Positions 31,140 to 42,252 are shown, numbered from the stretch's first letter. The stretch is DNA of 50,655 nt from an uncultured Acetobacteraceae bacterium (GCA_964246785.1 CAXTRX010000001.1:2592-53246), one strand, 5' to 3'. Made by a program: numbers and translations. Notes: generated by a model from the sequence alone, not told the origin.

Positions 31140-31180
31140 TGGCGCCGCTTATGGAGCAGAGCCAGCCGCGCTTGTCGATG

Positions 31181-31287
31181 CTAGAGCCTGATCGCTTCAG
31201 GTTGAATCGACCTGAAGCGTGAATCAGCCTCTCAAACAAAGAGTTAGAGCAAGTTTGATTCGCCTACCAGAAGCGGACTTGCTCTAG
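31181..31287. mobile_element. Second full copy of the 107-bp CTAG MITE/RIME-like element
   Basis: Same length and termini as 24964-25070, with a few substitutions. Confidence 0.85.
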
Positions 31288-31300
31288 CCAGCGTATCCCG

Positions 31301-32551
31301 TCAGGGCCGGGCGGCATTGGGAAAGCGGACCGGCCGGCTTGCAGGGTCGGCAGCCTGCGGCCGGTCCCGCTTGAGACCAAGCCAGCCGAGCAGGATCTTG
31401 CGCAGATCGGCTGTGCGGTCCTCCGTCACATACGCAAAGCCGCGCGCGCACAGCATGATGACGACAAAAGTCGCTCCAACAACGCCAAAACCGGCGGCAT
31501 CGAACGGCAACCGCGCCGGCAGCATCCCGGCGGCGAACAGCACGCCCATGATGCCAAGCATCACCGGAAAGTGCATGGCATAGAGCGTGAATGAAAAGCT
31601 TGCCAGGCGCTCGCCGGCCGCTTCGAGAAAACGCCAGCGCCGCCACGCAGGATGCGCAATCATGAGTGCAACGCCAAGCCCAAGCACCGGATCAGGCAAA
31701 GGGATGAGAGCTTCCAGGGCAAGCAGCAGGATCACGCATGCGACACCCGCCAGCAGCATCAAGCGGCCCCGCAGCAGGCCGGCGTTGAACGCCAGCCGTG
31801 CGCCAATCCCTGCCAGCCAGGACAACCCGGCGAACAGGATGTTGGGTTGATGGTAGGCGCAGAGCCCGAGCAGAACCGCACCATAGGCCATGACCAGCAA
31901 TGCCCATGGCGAGACGATCCGGCGATAGGCCAGCACAGCGGCCAGCCCGATGATGTAGTAGCTCCATTCATAGGCGAGCGACCAAAGCGGACCATTGCTG
32001 TCAAGGGTCGGGACGACGACATCATTCAGCATGACCGCCACACCCGCCCAGCGTGCCCAGGAGAGGTCATTCGTCAGCGGCTGCGCCAGGTCGTAAGTCC
32101 ACTGGCCGGTGTGCACGAAGGGTGCTGTCGGCACGAACCATAACAGCGCCGCAAGGATGCCTGCCGTCAGTGCCAGCACGGGCAGCAACACGACAAAGAT
32201 CCGGCTGAACCGGTCCACCAGGAAGCTTGGCCAGTCGGAGCGCAATCGCGGGCTGACAAACAGCTCGACCAGCTTGCCTCCCACCAGGAAGCCGCTGAGC
32301 ACGAAGAACACCACGACGGCGGCGTGGCCATACCCGCCATAGCCCGTGAGCGGCTTGGCGACCAAGCCAGTGTCCGGCGGGGCGGTGCCGGCAACATATC
32401 CGGTCTTGTCCAGCAGGTCCTGCTCGAGATGGGAGAGCACGACGACGACGGCGGCGATCCAACGCATATGCGACAGCAGAGGGACAGAAGCGGTGGCGCG
32501 TTTCCGGTCCGTGCCGATCGGCTGCACCGGTACTCCGACGGCGTCAGTCAT
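31301..32551 (-). CDS. Acyltransferase-3 (OafA/YrhL-like) membrane O-acyltransferase
   Basis: R..AA..VV.SH, VVFFVLSGF, DRFSRI, NGPLWSLAYEWSYY, SFTLYAMHFP. Confidence 0.88.
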   Translation of the reverse strand: MTDAVGVPVQPIGTDRKRATASVPLLSHMRWIAAVVVVLSHLEQDLLDKTGYVAGTAPPDTGLVAKPLTGYGGYGHAAVVVFFVLSGFLVGGKLVELFVSPRLRSDWPSFLVDRFSRIFVVLLPVLALTAGILAALLWFVPTAPFVHTGQWTYDLAQPLTNDLSWARWAGVAVMLNDVVVPTLDSNGPLWSLAYEWSYYIIGLAAVLAYRRIVSPWALLVMAYGAVLLGLCAYHQPNILFAGLSWLAGIGARLAFNAGLLRGRLMLLAGVACVILLLALEALIPLPDPVLGLGVALMIAHPAWRRWRFLEAAGERLASFSFTLYAMHFPVMLGIMGVLFAAGMLPARLPFDAAGFGVVGATFVVIMLCARGFAYVTEDRTADLRKILLGWLGLKRDRPQAADPASRPVRFPNAARP

Positions 32552-32738
32552 CTGGCGGCCACTCGCATTGATCGCCAGGATGATGGAGCTGGCATGTTGC
32601 CCTGATATTGCCCGTTGAGCCGAGATGGCTATCGGCCCGAAGCAGCACCAATCACGGGGCAATCGTGCCGTCCAGTGATTTTTACTTACGTTTGGCTTAG
32701 CGTGCGGCCGGCCGGTTACACACAGATAAGGACGTCGC

Positions 32739-33197
32739 ATGCCGCCAACCGGTTTCGAGCAATTCGTCGTCGGCCAAGTGTTTGACACACCATGCTATGT
32801 GGTGTCAGCAGACGAGGTGAAGGCGTTTGCCGGCCAATACGACGCTCAGTCGCAGCACTTGGACGAAGCTGCCGCGGCCGCGACACTCTTTGGCGAACTG
32901 GTGGCGAGCGGATGGCATACCGCAGCCGTGACCATGCGGCTCATGCTGGACGGCGGCCTGGCCGGGGTGAGGAGCCGGGCAATGGGCCTCGAAGTCCGGC
33001 ACCTCAAATGGCTGCTCCCGGTGCGTCCTGGCGATACGTTGCACGCGCAAACCGAGGTGGTCGAGCTGCGTGCGTCCCGCTCCAGGCCCGATCGTGGGAT
33101 CATGCTGGCGCGCACCATCACGCGCAACCAACACGATCAGCCGGTGCTCGACATGACGGCCTCCATGCTGGTTTTGCGCAGCGATGCGGTGACGTAG
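32739..33197 (+). CDS. MaoC-family (hot-dog fold) dehydratase
   Basis: FAGQYD.Q..H.DE, LVASGWHTA, PVRPGDTL, RNQH. Confidence 0.9.
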   Translation: MPPTGFEQFVVGQVFDTPCYVVSADEVKAFAGQYDAQSQHLDEAAAAATLFGELVASGWHTAAVTMRLMLDGGLAGVRSRAMGLEVRHLKWLLPVRPGDTLHAQTEVVELRASRSRPDRGIMLARTITRNQHDQPVLDMTASMLVLRSDAVT

Positions 33198-33199
33198 CG

Positions 33200-35215
33200 T
33201 TACTCCGCGGCATGCTCCAGCATCGGCGCGGCAAGCTTGGCCAGTTGCGGCGCGAGCGTGACCAAGTCCCGCTCGGCGACGCAGCACAGATAATGGGTCG
33301 ACGCCGCCGCGTGGTCAGCGCTTTCCGGGAGCAATTGCCCATCTGGACCCAGCGGCATCGCGGTGAGGCCCAGATCGCCATACACCTTGAGCAGGGCAGG
33401 GCCGGCACGCCAGACCGCTGGGTCGAGCCCTTCTTGGATGGCGAGGTCGCGTAGCCGCCAAATCGCCGAGATGCGGTCCCCCGGTGCGCCCGCCGGGTCG
33501 CCCAGGCCAAGCAACACCCGGCCCATGCGGCGGAACGGCAGGCCAGAGCGTCCGGCCTCGCCCATCACCAGGCCGTCGGCGAGCGCAGGCGGATCGGCGC
33601 CCAACGCGGCATAGCGCAGCCGGCCCTCACCAGCCCATGGGACCCAGGTCACATGGCCCGGCCGCAACAGCCGCCACAATGCGAGCAGCCCAAGCAGCAC
33701 CGCCAGCGCCATCACCACGCGCAGCCCATTCGGTAGATCGGGCGACAGGATCAGCTCCCACCAGGAATTCTCGGACAGCATCCGCACCGCCGGCTCGAAG
33801 CTGGCAAGGGCGATGACGCAGGCCGCGAGCGCCAGCAGTGGGATCAGCACGTCGGACTTCAGCGTGCTGGTGAGCAGCCGGGCGTGGCGATAGAAGGCGT
33901 CCCGGAATGGCGCCACTAGAACGGCGGACAGCGCCAGCACGGCGGGAATCCAGTTCGGATCGCGCTGGGCCGCCGTGTAGACGGCCGCAATCAGCAGCAG
34001 GCCCACCGTGCCGCCCCACGCGAGCGTCACCCGCTGCGACAAGCCGATGGCGAGCACCATCAGTGCCGCCCCGATCAGCGAGGGGATGAACTGCCCGGCG
34101 CTGGCAGCCGCGTCGGCGAAATCGGGGTCGATCCAGGAAAAGTCCGGCCGGGCATCGATCACCCCGAGCGACAGCAGCAACGCACCGCAGATCGCCACCA
34201 CGCCGGTTGCAGCGCCAACTGCGAAGTCCGGCTCGCTGATGCGGCCGAAGGACTGCGTGGCCCGCGAGACGGCACCGCTCTGCAGCAGTGCGCCACCCCG
34301 GAGCAGGATTTCGTTGGCGGCGAACAGCGTGCCGGCCAGGAAGAGCGGGATGATGTAGTAATAAAGACGGAAGATCAGGATGGCGCCCAGGATCACCGGG
34401 GCGGGCAGGTAGGGCTTGAGGCCCAGCAGCATGGCGGTGTCGAACACCCCGATGCCGCCGGGCAGACTCGCCAGCAGCCCGGCGCTGTACGAGGCCAGGT
34501 AGCAGGCGAGGAAGCGCAGGAAGGTGAGCCCTGGCGTGGGCGGCAGCAGCGTGTAGAAGATTGCCGCCGTGACTGCCACGTCCATCGAGGCGAGCGCCAC
34601 CTGAATGATCGCCATCCGCCAGTCGGGCAGGGTGAACTCGTGCCCCCGCAGCCGGATGGTGCCCGCCACGCTCGACACCACGACATAGGCGGCCACGGCA
34701 GCCCACATGGCGGTGCCGATGCCGTAGAACGCCCAATGCGGCAGGATGCGGCTGAAGAACGGGATCGACCCTGGCTCGAACCACAGCACCCAGCCGCCGA
34801 GCACCAGCCCGCCGAGCCCAAACGTGAGTGAGCAGAACCCCACCACCTTGGCGATCTGGACCGGCGCCAGGCCCCAGTGCGAGTAGAGCCGGTAGCGCAC
34901 CGCCGCGCCCGACACGGCAGAGAACCCCAGGTTATGCGACAGCGCGTAGGCACAGAACGAGGCAAAGGCGACCCGGCGGTACTTGACCGGATGCCCCGCG
35001 TACATGGTGCCGAGGCGGTCGTAAAAGGTGAGCACCAGGTAGGACGCGACAGTGGCGCCAAAGGACGTAATCAGCGCGTAGCGGGGGATCGCCGCCAACG
35101 CCACCCGGATGTCGGCAAGCTTGAGGTTGCGGAACTCGCGCTCCACCACGTAGATCGCGCCCGCCAGCAGCAGCACGCCCAGCAGGGCCGGCACATGGCG
35201 TACAAGCTGCTTCAA
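33200..35215 (-). CDS. MprF-like aminoacyl-phosphatidylglycerol synthase/flippase with shortened C-terminal domain
   Basis: TM region [34 protein letters not shown]; cytoplasmic part with GDPAG and YGDLGL only about 150 aa; TTG start overlaps lysS stop. Confidence 0.82.
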   Translation of the reverse strand: MKQLVRHVPALLGVLLLAGAIYVVEREFRNLKLADIRVALAAIPRYALITSFGATVASYLVLTFYDRLGTMYAGHPVKYRRVAFASFCAYALSHNLGFSAVSGAAVRYRLYSHWGLAPVQIAKVVGFCSLTFGLGGLVLGGWVLWFEPGSIPFFSRILPHWAFYGIGTAMWAAVAAYVVVSSVAGTIRLRGHEFTLPDWRMAIIQVALASMDVAVTAAIFYTLLPPTPGLTFLRFLACYLASYSAGLLASLPGGIGVFDTAMLLGLKPYLPAPVILGAILIFRLYYYIIPLFLAGTLFAANEILLRGGALLQSGAVSRATQSFGRISEPDFAVGAATGVVAICGALLLSLGVIDARPDFSWIDPDFADAAASAGQFIPSLIGAALMVLAIGLSQRVTLAWGGTVGLLLIAAVYTAAQRDPNWIPAVLALSAVLVAPFRDAFYRHARLLTSTLKSDVLIPLLALAACVIALASFEPAVRMLSENSWWELILSPDLPNGLRVVMALAVLLGLLALWRLLRPGHVTWVPWAGEGRLRYAALGADPPALADGLVMGEAGRSGLPFRRMGRVLLGLGDPAGAPGDRISAIWRLRDLAIQEGLDPAVWRAGPALLKVYGDLGLTAMPLGPDGQLLPESADHAAASTHYLCCVAERDLVTLAPQLAKLAAPMLEHAAE

Positions 35216-36777
35216 GCTGCCTCCGCCCTCCGTGCCAAGGCTGCGCGGATGAGCGCCACCGTCTCAATGATGCCGTAGAGCGCCACGAAGCCGCCAAAGC
35301 GCGGCCCTTCCTGTTGGCCGAGCAGAACCTGGTATAGGCAGTCGAACCAGGCTTTGAGGGCAGGGAAGGGGTGCCGCTTGCCGACCGAATAAACCTGATT
35401 TTGGATCAATTCGGCGTCCGTTTCTGGTGGCAATGCGGCCAGGGTGTCGGCGAGGTCCGCCAGTGCGGCGGCTTCCATCTCCGTAGGCTGGCGGAATTGC
35501 CGGGTGGGCCGCACGAAATCGCAGTAGTACGCCACCGCGTAGTCCACCAGGCGCGCCAGGAACGGTGTGGCATCCGGACCGGCGCCGGGATGGTAGCGGT
35601 GGATAAAGCCCCACAGCATGTCCGGCGTCTCGGCGTTCACCACGCTGGCAAGGTTCAGCAGCATGGTGAACGGGATCGGGCTGCCACCTTCGTTGGCGAC
35701 GCGGCCGCCGCCGATATGCCAGGCCGGGTTGGCTGGGTCGTTGCCGCCCTTGGTCACGCCGGCGATGTAGTCGTCCACCGCCCGGGGGATCACGTCGAAA
35801 AACAGCCGTTTGGCGCGCTGCGGCTGGTGATACATGAACTGGCCCAGGCTTTCCGGCGGCGCATACCGCAGCCACTCCTCGACCGAGATGCCGTTGCCCC
35901 TGCTTTTGCTGATCTTTTGCGAGTGCTCGTCGAGGAACAACTCGTAGGTGAACCCGACCGGCGGCGTGCTACCCAGCACGGCGCAAATCCGGCTTGAGAG
36001 TTTGACGCTGTCGATCAGGTCTTTGCCGCTCATCTCGTAATCGACGCCCAGCGCGTGCCAGCGCATCGCCCAGTCGGCCTTCCACTGCAGCTTGCAGGCG
36101 CCGCCGGTGATCGCCGTGGTGTAACGCTCGCCTGCCTGGTCGGTCCAGGTGACGGTGCCAGCCTCGACGTCGGTGGCTTCGATCGGCACCTGCATCACCT
36201 CGCCGGTGACGGGATGCAGCGGCAGGATAGGCGAGTAGGTGGCCCGGCGCTCCGGCCCCAGCGTGGGCAGGATGACGGCGCGGATTCGCTCATGCTGGGC
36301 GAGCACTTGGCGCAGGGCCGCGTCGAACCGGCCGGACGTGTAGTAGTCGGTGGCGGAGGCGAACTCGTAGTCGAAGCCGAAGCTGTCGAGGAAGGCACGC
36401 AGCCGGGCGTTGTTGTGGGCGCCATAGCTCGCGTGGGTTCCGAACGGATCGGGCACGCGGGTGAGCGGTTGGCCAAGGTATTGCCGCAGCATATCGCCGT
36501 TCGGCACGTTGTCGGGCACTTTGCGCAGCCCATCCATATCGTCGCTGAACACGATTAGGCGGGTGGGCTTGCCGGTGAGCTCGGAGAAGGCGCGGCGGAC
36601 CCAACTGGTTCGCGCGACCTCGCCGAAGGTTCCGATATGGGGCAGCCCGGAGGGACCATAGCCGGTCTCGAACAGGGCTTCGGCCTTGCCGCTGGCCTCC
36701 ACGCGGGCGGCGACCTTGACCGCTTCCTCAAACGGCCAGGCTTTCGGCGGCGGAGTGTTGCAAACTGTTTCAACCAT
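35212..36777 (-). CDS. lysS: Class I lysyl-tRNA synthetase
   Basis: [18 protein letters not shown] (HIGH), KISKS (KMSKS), GPRFG. Confidence 0.96.
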   Translation of the reverse strand: MVETVCNTPPPKAWPFEEAVKVAARVEASGKAEALFETGYGPSGLPHIGTFGEVARTSWVRRAFSELTGKPTRLIVFSDDMDGLRKVPDNVPNGDMLRQYLGQPLTRVPDPFGTHASYGAHNNARLRAFLDSFGFDYEFASATDYYTSGRFDAALRQVLAQHERIRAVILPTLGPERRATYSPILPLHPVTGEVMQVPIEATDVEAGTVTWTDQAGERYTTAITGGACKLQWKADWAMRWHALGVDYEMSGKDLIDSVKLSSRICAVLGSTPPVGFTYELFLDEHSQKISKSRGNGISVEEWLRYAPPESLGQFMYHQPQRAKRLFFDVIPRAVDDYIAGVTKGGNDPANPAWHIGGGRVANEGGSPIPFTMLLNLASVVNAETPDMLWGFIHRYHPGAGPDATPFLARLVDYAVAYYCDFVRPTRQFRQPTEMEAAALADLADTLAALPPETDAELIQNQVYSVGKRHPFPALKAWFDCLYQVLLGQQEGPRFGGFVALYGIIETVALIRAALARRAEAA

Positions 36778-36982
36778 GGCGATGCAGGCTAGGAATTGCA
36801 CTTCGCCGGGTCAATTGGCGGCGGCGTGCTGTTGGCTGCTTAGAACAACTTCAGCGTCATCCGCCTCCACCGTGCGCTCAGGCCCGGCGTCACGCCGCCC
36901 CGGCCTCGCAAGCACCTCCTCGACTAAGCCGGTCACCATCCAAGTTCCCATTGCGTTTACCGTAATTCGATGCCGGTCGGTG

Positions 36983-37033
36983 TGTAGCACAACTGGCGCC
37001 GGCCGCCTTGTTCTGCCGCCAACCACTGCCGTT
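36983..37033 (+). repeat. Degenerate copy R0 of dinG upstream/5' coding sequence
   Basis: TAGCACAACTGGCGCCGGCCGCCTTGTTCTGCCGCCAACCACTGCCGTT aligns with 38175-38224 with one indel; ATG lost. Confidence 0.65.
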
Positions 37034-37036
37034 TCG

Positions 37037-37513
37037 CTATGAAGCGGCGTTTGTCGCTAGGCGGCAAAGGAGTTCCGGCACGTCACCGCCAAGCAGTTCG
37101 TCCAGGCCGTACGGACAGCTATCGGGCACGGAGCGCGGGCTACCGGCGTCGTTGGTGGTGTCGCCGAATTGCTTGAGCGCATCGGCGTAAATGTCAGCAA
37201 GCGCAATTCGCTGCCTCATGGAAGGAGAGAAACGACGGCGGGCTTGTGAAAGGAACGCGCGCGTCTCTGGGCGCCAATGCGCGGCCGATTGGCTCATGGG
37301 CCATGCGTGCAGCTTCAGCAAATGGACCAGGGCTTGCTCCAGCAGGCTCTCGCAGGCGATGAGGTCAGAACGACCCACGCTCTCCACCTCCTCTATAACA
37401 TTGGCCCAATCGACCGACTCGTTCAGCCGCTCGCCAGCAGCCAGGCGGCGCAGCAGGGCCGCCTGGTGCTCAGACCAGGCCAGGACATCGCGGTCGTAAA
37501 GGTCATCCGGCAT
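37037..37513 (-). CDS. DUF29 family protein (copy a)
   Basis: LYDRD..AW...QA..LR, DW.N.IEEVESVGRS, HLLK, PSMRQ, CPY.LDELL. Confidence 0.88.
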   Translation of the reverse strand: MPDDLYDRDVLAWSEHQAALLRRLAAGERLNESVDWANVIEEVESVGRSDLIACESLLEQALVHLLKLHAWPMSQSAAHWRPETRAFLSQARRRFSPSMRQRIALADIYADALKQFGDTTNDAGSPRSVPDSCPYGLDELLGGDVPELLCRLATNAAS

Positions 37514-37541
37514 GGCTTGCTCCATGGTCCTTCCAAAGGAC

Positions 37542-37623
37542 CCTTGCTCAAAATACCGTCGGCGGGTGACGTATAGCAGGAATGTCGCGGTCCTCCCTGG
37601 CTTTGCCGCAAACCGCTGACGTT
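37542..37623 (+). repeat. Copy R1 of dinG upstream region and first 14 codons
   Basis: High identity to 38143-38224 (offset 601); reads MSRSSLALPQTADV vs dinG MSPSSLALPQTAAV. Confidence 0.85.
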
Positions 37624-37626
37624 TCG

Positions 37627-38103
37627 CTATGAAGCGGCGTTTGTCGCTAGCCGGCAAAGGAGTTCCGGCACATCACCGCCAAGCATTTCGTCCAAGCTAA
37701 ATGGGCACTGATCAGACATCACGCGTGGTTCGCCCGCTTCGTCCGTCAGATCACGGACCTGGACCAGGGCGTCCCGATACGCTCCATCCAGATTGATCCG
37801 CTGCCGCATGGACGGCGTGAAGGAGCGGCGCGCATCCGCCAAAAAGGCCCGCGATCCGACGCGCCAATGCCCAACCGACCGGCTGCTCGGCCACGCATGC
37901 TGCTTCAGCAGATGAGCCATCGCGTGCATCAGCAGGCTTTCGAACCCGCGTAATTCCGATCGGCCCACGCTCTCGACCTCCTCGATGACGTTGGCCCAGT
38001 CCACAGGCTCGTTCGGCCGCTGCCCGGCGGCCATGCAGCGTAGCAGCCCAGCTTGGTGCTCAGACCAGGCCAGGACGTCGCGTTCGTACAGGTCGTCCGG
38101 CAT
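37627..38103 (-). CDS. DUF29 family protein (copy b)
   Basis: Same length (158 aa) and motifs as copy a, offset exactly 590 bp. Confidence 0.88.
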   Translation of the reverse strand: MPDDLYERDVLAWSEHQAGLLRCMAAGQRPNEPVDWANVIEEVESVGRSELRGFESLLMHAMAHLLKQHAWPSSRSVGHWRVGSRAFLADARRSFTPSMRQRINLDGAYRDALVQVRDLTDEAGEPRVMSDQCPFSLDEMLGGDVPELLCRLATNAAS

Positions 38104-38182
38104 GGCTCGCTCAATAGTCCTTTCTTCACGCCCATCCCTGGGCCTTGCTCAAAATACCGTTGGCGGAGGACATATAGCACGA

Positions 38183-41147
38183 ATGTCGCCGTCCTCCCTG
38201 GCTCTGCCGCAAACCGCCGCCGTTGTTGCCGGGCATGGGCGGGCCAGCATCCTCACGGTGGACGGCGAGCTGGTATCCGGCACCAGCCGCGAGATCGCCA
38301 CGCTGCTCGGGGAGACGCAGCCGCTGCTGGTGCATGCCCCGGTCACGCTCCGGCGGCTTGGCGTGCGGCCACGCGGCTGCCTGGACGTGTTGGAGCTGTT
38401 CGCCTTTGTCCGCCCAGCCTGCCATGCTGCGCCCACGGTCCGCGGCCTGGCGCTGGCGCTTGACCTGGACCCGCCGGAGAGCATGGAAGACGCCGCCGCC
38501 TTCCTGCCCGCCCTGATCGAAACCCTGCTTGGCCGCCTCGCCGCCGGGCGCGACACGCCGGCCAACACCGACGCGCCCGCCTTGGCGCAGCGGATGGGCG
38601 CGTCCGGCTGGGCCTGGGCGCCGTTTGTGCTGGGGGCGCTTGGGCCGTCCACCGCCAAGCCTCCCAGCGTCAAGCCGAGCGACGCTCTGCGCGTTTGGAA
38701 GCGCCTGCCGGAGTGGGAGGAGCAAGCGCCGCCGGTCCCGCCCACGTCGCACCCCGTCGTCCCGGCCGCGGCGCGCCAGCGGCGTGGCCGCCGGCGGCCG
38801 GGCGGTGCACGCGCCGCCGGGCCCGCCCAGGTCGCCCCCCGGCGCCCCGGCCGTTGCGCGAACGCGGCTTGCCAGCATGCGGGGCGCCAACGCCGCGCAG
38901 CGGCCGGGGCAGGGGGATTATGCCTCCGCCGCCGCCCTGGCCTTCGCCCCCCGCCAGGCCCGCGGCGACCCGGCGACCGTGCTGGCCGAAGCCGGCACCG
39001 GGACCGGCAAAACCCTTGGCTATATCGCGCCCGCCAGCCTCTGGGCCGAGCAGAACGGCGCCCCGGTTTGGATCAGCACCTACACCCGCCACCTGCAGCG
39101 CCAGGTGGAAGGCGAGTTGACCCGGCTCCATCCTGATGCGGCGGAGCGCCGGCGCCGCATCGTGGTGCGCAAAGGGCGGGAGAACTACCTCTGCCTGCTG
39201 AACCTGGAGGACCGGGTGAACAGCTTGGCGGGAGCCGCGGGGTCCGCCGGGGCGATCCCGCTTGCCCTGCTGGCACGCTGGGCGCTTGCCACCGCGGACG
39301 GCGATCTGGCAGGCGGCGACCTGCCCGGCTGGTTCGGCGAGCTGTTCGGCACGGCCGCAACGCTGGGGCTGGCGGACCGCCGCGGCGAGTGCATCCATGG
39401 CGCCTGTCCGCACTACAAGCACTGTTTCGTGGAGCACACGATCCGCCGCGCCCGCACCGCCGAGCTGGTGGTGGCCAATCACGCGCTGGTCATGATCCAA
39501 GCCGCGCACGGCTTTGCCGACGGCGCCGGGGGAGGGCTTGACGGGCAGGCCCCGCCCTTGCGCTACGTGTTCGACGAGGGCCACCACGTATTCGACGCGG
39601 CCGATAGCGCGTTCTCTGCCGTGTTCAGCGGCATCGAGGGCGCCGAGCTTCGCCGCTGGCTGCTGGGTGCGGAAGGCGGCAACTCACGCGCCCGCGGGCT
39701 GCGGCGGCGGCTGGACGAGCTGGTGGGGGACCACGAGGCGCTGACAGCTCCCTTGGAGGCCGCGTTGCAAGCCGCCCGTGCCCTGCCCGCACCCGGATGG
39801 TCGCTCCGCTTGGCCGAAGACACGCCGGAACTCGGCGGGCTTGAGGCCGGCCAGGCCAATGTCTCCGAGATCGTGTTGCGGCTGGTGCGCGAGCAGGTGC
39901 TGGCCCGGATCGCCGCTGCCGAGCCAGGCCGCCGCGCCAGCCTGGAGTGCGACCTGCATCCGACGATCGATGGCTTGACCGACGCCGCCGACCGGCTCGC
40001 CCGCGCCCTGGCCCGCATCGCCACCCCCTTGCAAACCTTGGCGGACCGGCTCGTCGCTCGGCTTGACGACGAGGCCGAGGAACTCGACCCCGCTACCCGC
40101 GGCCGTCTTGAAGCCGCCGTGCGGGTTATCAAGCATCGTGCCGTCGAGCCGTTGCTGGCCTGGCAAACCATGCTCAGCGACCTTGGCGAACCGCAAGCCG
40201 ACCCAGGCGACCGCCCGGCCTTCGTGTATTTCCTACAGCTTGACCGGCGCGAGGCGGGTGACCGCGATGCCGGCATCCATCGCCATTGGCTCGACCCGAC
40301 AGTGCCTTTCGCCGGGTTGCTGGCCGCCTCGGCGCATGGCTTGCTGATCACCAGCGCGACCCTGCGTGACGACACCGAGGGGGAGCCAGAAGCAGCCTGG
40401 CTGGCAGCCGAGGCGCGGGTCGGGGCGCCGCATTTGCCTTCACCGGCCATCCGCGCCGCGGTCGCCAGCCCGTTCGACTACGCAGCGCAAACCCGCGCCT
40501 TCGTGGTGACCGATGTGGCGAACGACGTCCCGGCGCTGGCCACAGCATTCCGCACCCTGTTCCTGGCGGCCGGCGGCGGCGGGCTGGGCCTGTTCACCGC
40601 CATCAGCCGACTGCAGGCGGTGCATGCCAAGATCGCTCCCGCGCTCGAAGCTGAAGGCATCCCGCTGCTGGCCCAGCATGTCGACGCCATGGACAATGCG
40701 ACGTTGGTGGACGTGTTCCGTACCGAAATCGACTCCTGCCTGCTCGGCACCGACGCCATGCGCGACGGGGTGGACGTGCCGGGCCGCGCGCTGCGCCTGG
40801 TGGTGTTCGAGCGGGTGCCATGGCCGCGCCCTGACATCCTGCATCGGGAGCGCCGCATCCATCTTTCGGGCGGCGACCCGCGCGCTTATGACGACGCCAT
40901 CGCCCGCTTGCGCTTGCGCCAGGCGTTTGGCCGGCTGATCCGCGCTGCATCCGACCGGGGCGTGTTCGTCCTGCTGGACCGCCGGGCGCCGGGCCGTTTG
41001 TTGTCGGCGCTGCCGCCCGGCGTGGCCGTGCAGCGGCTCGGCTTGGCCCAGGTCGCAGCGCAAACCCGGTCATTTCTTGGCGTGGCAGGGCCCTTGATCT
41101 CCGACCCGGCATCGATCAGGGTCCCGCCCGAAAGGGGTGCGCTTTGA
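38183..41147 (+). pseudogene. dinG: DinG/YoaA-family ATP-dependent DNA helicase, apparently frameshifted at ~38720-38880 (probable assembly error)
   Basis: N-part MSPSSLALP...LDVLELFAFVRPA in one frame; EAGTGTGKT, KGRENYLC, VANHAL, FDEGHH, TSATL, GVDVPG, QAFGRLIR in another. Confidence 0.85.
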
Positions 41148-41572
41148 TGCTGGCACGAACCGGATTGGATCCGCAGGAGGCTTTGGTCTGCACCATGGTG
41201 CTGGTCGCGGCCACTGACGGCGGCATCACCGATCGCGAAATCGGCGTCATGTCCGGGCTGGTGCAGACGCTGCCCGCGTTCAACGGGTTTTCCAGCGAGC
41301 AACTGGATGCCGCCACGGAAGCCGCGATCAACCTGCTGCGCGAGGATGACGGGCTGAACCACGCCGGCCGCATGATCCGTGAGGCGCTGCCGACGCGGCT
41401 GCGCGAAACCGCCTACGCACTGGCCTGCGAGGTGGTGGCGGGCGATGGCTTCGCCTCCCAAACCACGTTGCAGATGCTGGAGTTCGTGCTGGGAGAGCTG
41501 CACCTCGACCCTCTGGTCGCCACTGCCATCGAGCGTGGCACGCGCGCGCGGTATCGCCGGGTCGAGGAATAG
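41147..41572 (+). CDS. Tellurite-resistance TerB-like family protein
   Basis: ALVCTMVLVAATDG.I...E, LRETAYALACEV; start overlaps dinG stop. Confidence 0.8.
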   Translation: MLARTGLDPQEALVCTMVLVAATDGGITDREIGVMSGLVQTLPAFNGFSSEQLDAATEAAINLLREDDGLNHAGRMIREALPTRLRETAYALACEVVAGDGFASQTTLQMLEFVLGELHLDPLVATAIERGTRARYRRVEE

Positions 41573-41673
41573 GCATCGGCTGCCGATATCCCCCTTGATC
41601 GCCGTCTGAGGTTCGACGGCGAGGGAACAGGCGCTGCCATCCTGGCGTTGTGTTGCAGAATCAAGGAGGTCTC

Positions 41674-42252
41674 ATGAGCGGTCAAAGCGGCAAGGAAGGC
41701 CCTGTGTTGCCCGAGGCAGTGCAGGAAGTCCAAGGCATATTCCCAAGCGATGGAGCCTTGCAGGATGCGATTGCGAAGTTGACCCTAGCTGGATTCGACC
41801 GTGCTGATCTCAGCTTGCCGGCGACCAACCCGGCGGCTGCGGCCGCAACGCCGGACATGGGAGCCGCGCCACCAACCACGGACACCGATGTGCGGCAGGT
41901 TCGCACCATGGGCACCAGCATGGCGGGTACCATCGGCGCCTTTGCTGCGGCCGGGGCAACAGTTGCGACCGGCGGTGCCGCCGGCGTTGCCATTGCGGCC
42001 GCGGCCGCGGTGGGTGTCGGCTCGGCGCTTGCCGCCAACGCCTCCGGCAATGCCGCCAACGATGCGCAGACCGAAGGGCGCAACGAGGCCGCAGCATCCG
42101 GCCGGCTGGTGCTCGCCGTTCACGCCAACACGGCAGAAAGCCAGGCGCTTGCACAAAGGCTGATGCGCGAGTCGGGAGCCAGCGAGGTTGCGACCGTGGA
42201 GCGCCAATCGGGCACGGTTGCGGAGGTGAACTCCTCAAGCTGGACCGGCTGA
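41674..42252 (+). CDS. Hypothetical membrane protein (Ala/Gly-rich)
   Basis: AAGGAGG RBS; LTLAGFDRADLSL followed by an Ala/Gly-rich TM hairpin. Confidence 0.7.
   Translation: MSGQSGKEGPVLPEAVQEVQGIFPSDGALQDAIAKLTLAGFDRADLSLPATNPAAAAATPDMGAAPPTTDTDVRQVRTMGTSMAGTIGAFAAAGATVATGGAAGVAIAAAAAVGVGSALAANASGNAANDAQTEGRNEAAASGRLVLAVHANTAESQALAQRLMRESGASEVATVERQSGTVAEVNSSSWTG

Noticed and set aside
36811-37026. Small minus-strand ORF upstream of lysS
   Set aside because: Partly overlaps repeat R0; no motif; cannot be supported without a search
38720-38880. Programmed frameshift in dinG
   Set aside because: No slippery heptamer; explained by the 85-bp duplication
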